Below are positions 43,347-46,532 of a stretch of DNA of 46,532 nucleotides, in pieces. The notes beneath the pieces are model-generated. The model saw nothing but the letters and a program-made list of their open reading frames with translations. It ran no database searches and was not told the origin of the DNA. The DNA is from Propionibacteriaceae bacterium (GTDB taxonomy: Bacteria; Actinomycetota; Actinomycetes; Propionibacteriales; Propionibacteriaceae), in NCBI GenBank assembly GCA_035318105.1, contig DATHFM010000457.1, positions 1 to 46,532 of the forward strand, written 5' to 3'. The translations under genes and the position numbers were made by a program. The number at the start of each line of letters is the position of its first letter. The stretch's first letter is position 1.

Positions 43347-44123
43347 CTACTCGGCTATGACGACCTCAGGGCCGGCGGCGGCCAGCTCACTGGCCAGCTC
43401 GGCGTTCACTGCCGCATCAGTGACCACCAAATCCACCTCGTTGACCGCGGCGAACGAGCAAAACGAGTTTCGACCGATCCTCCCGGAGATCACTGGCACG
43501 ATCCGCCGTCGGGCGGAGAGCAGCATGGCTCGCTTGGTTGCCGCCTCCTCCGGGTTAGTTGTGGTCAGGCCGTGCGTGGGCGTCAGGCCATTGACGCCGA
43601 TGATCGCCAGATCAACGGTCAGGGTGCTGAGCCGTCGGGTGGTCCAAGCATCGACGGCAGCCGAGGTCAGTCCCCTGATCGTTCCTGGGAGTGTGAAGAC
43701 GCGGAGGTTGTCGGAGTCAGCCAGATACTGAGCCGCGGGAAGGTTGTTGGTCACCACTGCGATGGCTCGGTCCTTCGGCATCGCCTCAGCGCAGAACAAG
43801 GTGAGCGAACCAGAATCGAGCACCACGACACCATCTTGCGGAAGCTCCTCAGCGACTCGGCGCGCGATAACGAGCTTGTCCTGGAACTGCTCCGCATGCC
43901 TAGCAGCAAGCGCCTGCTCGAATGGTGTGGAGTCCATCAGCTCGGCGCCACCCCGAATCCTGCGCAGCACGCCGCGGCGCTCCAGCACATCAAGATCGCG
44001 GCGCACAGTCTCGGTGGTGACTCTGAGCTGCTCGCTGATTTGCGCGACAGTGGCGCGTCGACCGTCGCGCTGGATCAACAACTCGGTGATCGCCCGCTGC
44101 CGCTCGGGCGGATACATCGTCAT
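43347..44123 (-). CDS. DeoR/GlpR-family transcriptional regulator
   Basis: VTTETVRRDLDVLE..G.LRRIRGGA, LDSGS, VVTNN, VTD. Confidence 0.93.
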   Translation of the reverse strand: MTMYPPERQRAITELLIQRDGRRATVAQISEQLRVTTETVRRDLDVLERRGVLRRIRGGAELMDSTPFEQALAARHAEQFQDKLVIARRVAEELPQDGVVVLDSGSLTLFCAEAMPKDRAIAVVTNNLPAAQYLADSDNLRVFTLPGTIRGLTSAAVDAWTTRRLSTLTVDLAIIGVNGLTPTHGLTTTNPEEAATKRAMLLSARRRIVPVISGRIGRNSFCSFAAVNEVDLVVTDAAVNAELASELAAAGPEVVIAE

Positions 44124-44294
44124 GGCTGCCTTTCTGGCACCATCTTCACACGAATGACCGAAAGCATGGACCAGCTGTCAGCGCTGCGCTAGCCTCCGCT
44201 AAAGAAGCGATTCAAAGGTCTTTTGCAGACATTCGGTCAACGCGTACAAGGGTGTACCTGTGACATTCGCACGCCATATGAGCCGGCAGCGGTA

Positions 44295-45092
44295 GTGCGC
44301 GCCACCGTCCAGAACGCACCAGCGGCGGCTCGCTTCCAGGCGATCAGTGATCTGCTGGCCGCCGAAGGGCGGGTGGATGTGGTCGACATCGCAAACCGAC
44401 TTGGAGTCGCGCAGGAGACCATCCGTCGCGACCTGCGCGCCATGGAGAGCGCCGGCAAGCTGCAACGCGTCCACGGCGGGGCGGTGCGCATCGTTAACAA
44501 TCCGCTGGCACTCCGCAACAGCATTCCCCCGACGGCTCAGGATGATCTCGAGTTGGCCCGTCGCGTCTGGAAAGAATTACCGCGCCGTGGCACGATCCTG
44601 ATCGGCACCGGAAACCTCTCGCTCGCCCTCGCTCACAGCATTGTCGGTTCGCCGCCCGAGACACGCGGACTGACGGTCGTGACCAACTCCCTTGACGCTG
44701 CCATCGTGCTGTCGCGGGCTAGCCGGCTGGAGGTCTACAACATCGGCGGAACAGTCTCGCCAATCACTCGGGCACAAGAAGGCGATTGGGCCGTGCATGA
44801 GATGGAGCGGTTGCACGTAGACGTTAGCGTGGTTTGTCCAGCGGGAATAAGCATTGAGCGCGGCCTGACCCAGGCGACGCCAGCCGCTGCCGCCGTATCG
44901 CGGGTCGAAGTCACCTCAGGTGAACGGGTCATCGCGCTAGCCGATCGTGACAGCTTCGGGGCCTCCGCTTTCGTGCAATTCGCGTCCCTTCAGCAGATCG
45001 ACTCAATAGCCGTCGCCGGCACTCCCAACCAGGCTGCCGTGCAGCCATTCGCGGAACATGGCATCACCATCACCGTCGGAGGAACCTCATGA
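44295..45092 (+). CDS. DeoR/GlpR-family transcriptional regulator with divergent sensor domain (start uncertain)
   Basis: VAQETIRRDLRAME..GKLQRVHGGA, VVTNSL, IGG. Confidence 0.88.
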   Translation: MRATVQNAPAAARFQAISDLLAAEGRVDVVDIANRLGVAQETIRRDLRAMESAGKLQRVHGGAVRIVNNPLALRNSIPPTAQDDLELARRVWKELPRRGTILIGTGNLSLALAHSIVGSPPETRGLTVVTNSLDAAIVLSRASRLEVYNIGGTVSPITRAQEGDWAVHEMERLHVDVSVVCPAGISIERGLTQATPAAAAVSRVEVTSGERVIALADRDSFGASAFVQFASLQQIDSIAVAGTPNQAAVQPFAEHGITITVGGTS

Positions 45093-46486
45093 CACTTGTC
45101 GCCGGAGTGGACTCATCAACCCAGTCAGTCAAGGTCGTGGTTTGCGATGTCGAGACTGGCGCCGTCGTCCGCAGCTCCCGAGCCTCACACCCCTCAGGAA
45201 CCGAGGTCGCGGCATCCGCCTGGCTGGCGGCCTATCAGGAGGCCACATCCGACCCCGCCCTCCTCGATGGAGTGGCTGCGCTGGCGGTTGGCGGCCAGCA
45301 ACACGGCATGGTGACCCTCGATGAGGATGGTGAGCTCGTCCGCGATGCCCTGTTGTGGAACGACAACAGATCTGCTCCGGACGCCGAGGACCTGATCGCC
45401 GAGCTGGGAGGCCCCACCGTGTGGGCCGACGCGGTGGGCTCCGTTCCGGTTGCGTCCATGACCGTCGCCAAGATCAGGTGGCTGGCACGAGCAGAGCCGG
45501 AGAACGCTGTCAAGACCACCGCGGTCGTGCTCCCACACGACTGGTTGAGCTGGCAGATCGGGAATCGGAGTTTCGCGCCAACCACAGATCGCGGAGATGC
45601 GTCCGGCACCTGCTACTTCGACGCGACGGCCAACCGCTATCGAGGAGACCTCGTCAAGCTTGCCCTCGGTCATGATCTTGATCTGCCTCGCGTCGCCGCT
45701 CCCAGCGAGGTGATTGGGCATACCCCGAGTGGAGTCGCGATCGCACCAGGCACGGGCGACAATATGGCTGGCGGATTGGGTCTCGGCGTGACAGCCGGCG
45801 CCGCCGTCATCTCGGTGGGTACCAGTGGTACAGCTTTCACCAAGAGCCACCAGCAAACACACGAGCCAACCGGAACTGTTGCGGGCTTCGCTGACGCCAC
45901 CGGCGAGTTCCTCCCGCTGGTGTGCACGCTCAATGGCGCTCGGAATCTGGTAGCCACCGCCGAGGTCCTGGGCGTCACGCTCGACCAGCTCAGCCAACTA
46001 GCACTCAGCGCCGAGCCCGGAAGCCAGGGCGTCACCTTCGTGCCCTACCTCGAGGGTGAGCGGACGCCGCCCTTGCCGGACGCTCGCGGTCAGCTTGTCG
46101 GGCTGACTCTCGCGAACATGACCCCGGCGAACATTGCGCGCGCCACCATCGAGGGCGTGTTGTGGAGTCTCGCCTACGGTGTTGAGGTGCTGCGGGATCA
46201 GACCGGTCAGATCTCCTCGATCACGCTGACCGGCGGGGCATCTCAGTCCGAGGCGGTACGCCGGATCGCTACGGCAGTCTTCGGGCTGCCCGTCGTAGTC
46301 ACTGACACTTTCGAGAGTGTGGCAGTAGGCGCCGCTCGACAGGCGGCGTGGGCGTTGACGGGGACTCTTCCAGACTGGCCGGTGCCGGTTCTCAGCCAGC
46401 ATGAGCCGACAGCCGCTGATCAGCGTGCAGCCAAGGAGATCAGCGAACGCTACCGTTCGGTACTGGCGGCGCATTTCGGTGTATGA
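45089..46486 (+). CDS. xylB: xylulokinase (FGGY family)
   Basis: GVDSSTQSVK, GQQHG, LWNDNRS, TDRGDASGT, GDNMA, PYLEGERTP. The ATG overlaps the DeoR stop. Confidence 0.88.
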   Translation: MTLVAGVDSSTQSVKVVVCDVETGAVVRSSRASHPSGTEVAASAWLAAYQEATSDPALLDGVAALAVGGQQHGMVTLDEDGELVRDALLWNDNRSAPDAEDLIAELGGPTVWADAVGSVPVASMTVAKIRWLARAEPENAVKTTAVVLPHDWLSWQIGNRSFAPTTDRGDASGTCYFDATANRYRGDLVKLALGHDLDLPRVAAPSEVIGHTPSGVAIAPGTGDNMAGGLGLGVTAGAAVISVGTSGTAFTKSHQQTHEPTGTVAGFADATGEFLPLVCTLNGARNLVATAEVLGVTLDQLSQLALSAEPGSQGVTFVPYLEGERTPPLPDARGQLVGLTLANMTPANIARATIEGVLWSLAYGVEVLRDQTGQISSITLTGGASQSEAVRRIATAVFGLPVVVTDTFESVAVGAARQAAWALTGTLPDWPVPVLSQHEPTAADQRAAKEISERYRSVLAAHFGV

Positions 46487-46532
46487 GTCAGGGACGCCCG
46501 GTGACCTCGAACAGGCGCCACTCGCCGGGGAT
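46483..46532 (+). CDS. possible start of the next gene, truncated by the window edge
   Basis: ATG overlapping the xylB stop (ATGA), open to the window end (MSQGRPVTSNRRHSPG). Confidence 0.35.
   Translation, partial: MSQGRPVTSNRRHSPG

Noticed and set aside
44176-44195. TGTCAG-N8-TAGCCT as a PafBC promoter
   Set aside because: Spacing is two short of consensus and the context is sugar catabolism.

Overview
High-GC actinobacterial chromosome, with gene content and order suggesting Propionibacteriales or Nocardioides-like relatives (inference). It is mostly core genome on the minus strand. In transcription order it carries TPR-HAD-tlyA-nadK-recN-steA-steB-(MraY-like, MurJ-like, GT4)-pyrG-NUDIX-ald-xerD-parA-like-scpA-scpB-rluB, joined directly to pafA-FKBP-[DUF3866]-pafB-pafC-tatA-tatC-DAGK-helY. 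Further left lie tldD/tldE-MFS, an isolated hisF-led run, ilvD and an AlkZ-like glycosylase. The right end holds a divergent DeoR pair and a xylulokinase. I saw no rRNA, tRNA, CRISPR array, transposase or prophage. The least-explained signals are: (1) a dispersed structured repeat family with covarying stems (36361, 36891, 39721), one copy of which supplies the recN C-terminus; (2) an internally deleted OmpR-family regulator that keeps an apparently intact promoter and operator and is bracketed by these repeats; (3) two further intergenic hairpin families; (4) a candidate lipid-linked glycan module coupled to steAB; (5) a ParA plus small RHH-like pair. Many starts were reassigned from TAnnnT-N6-8-start leaderless patterns and stop/start overlaps. 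All product calls come from motif recognition, not database searches.
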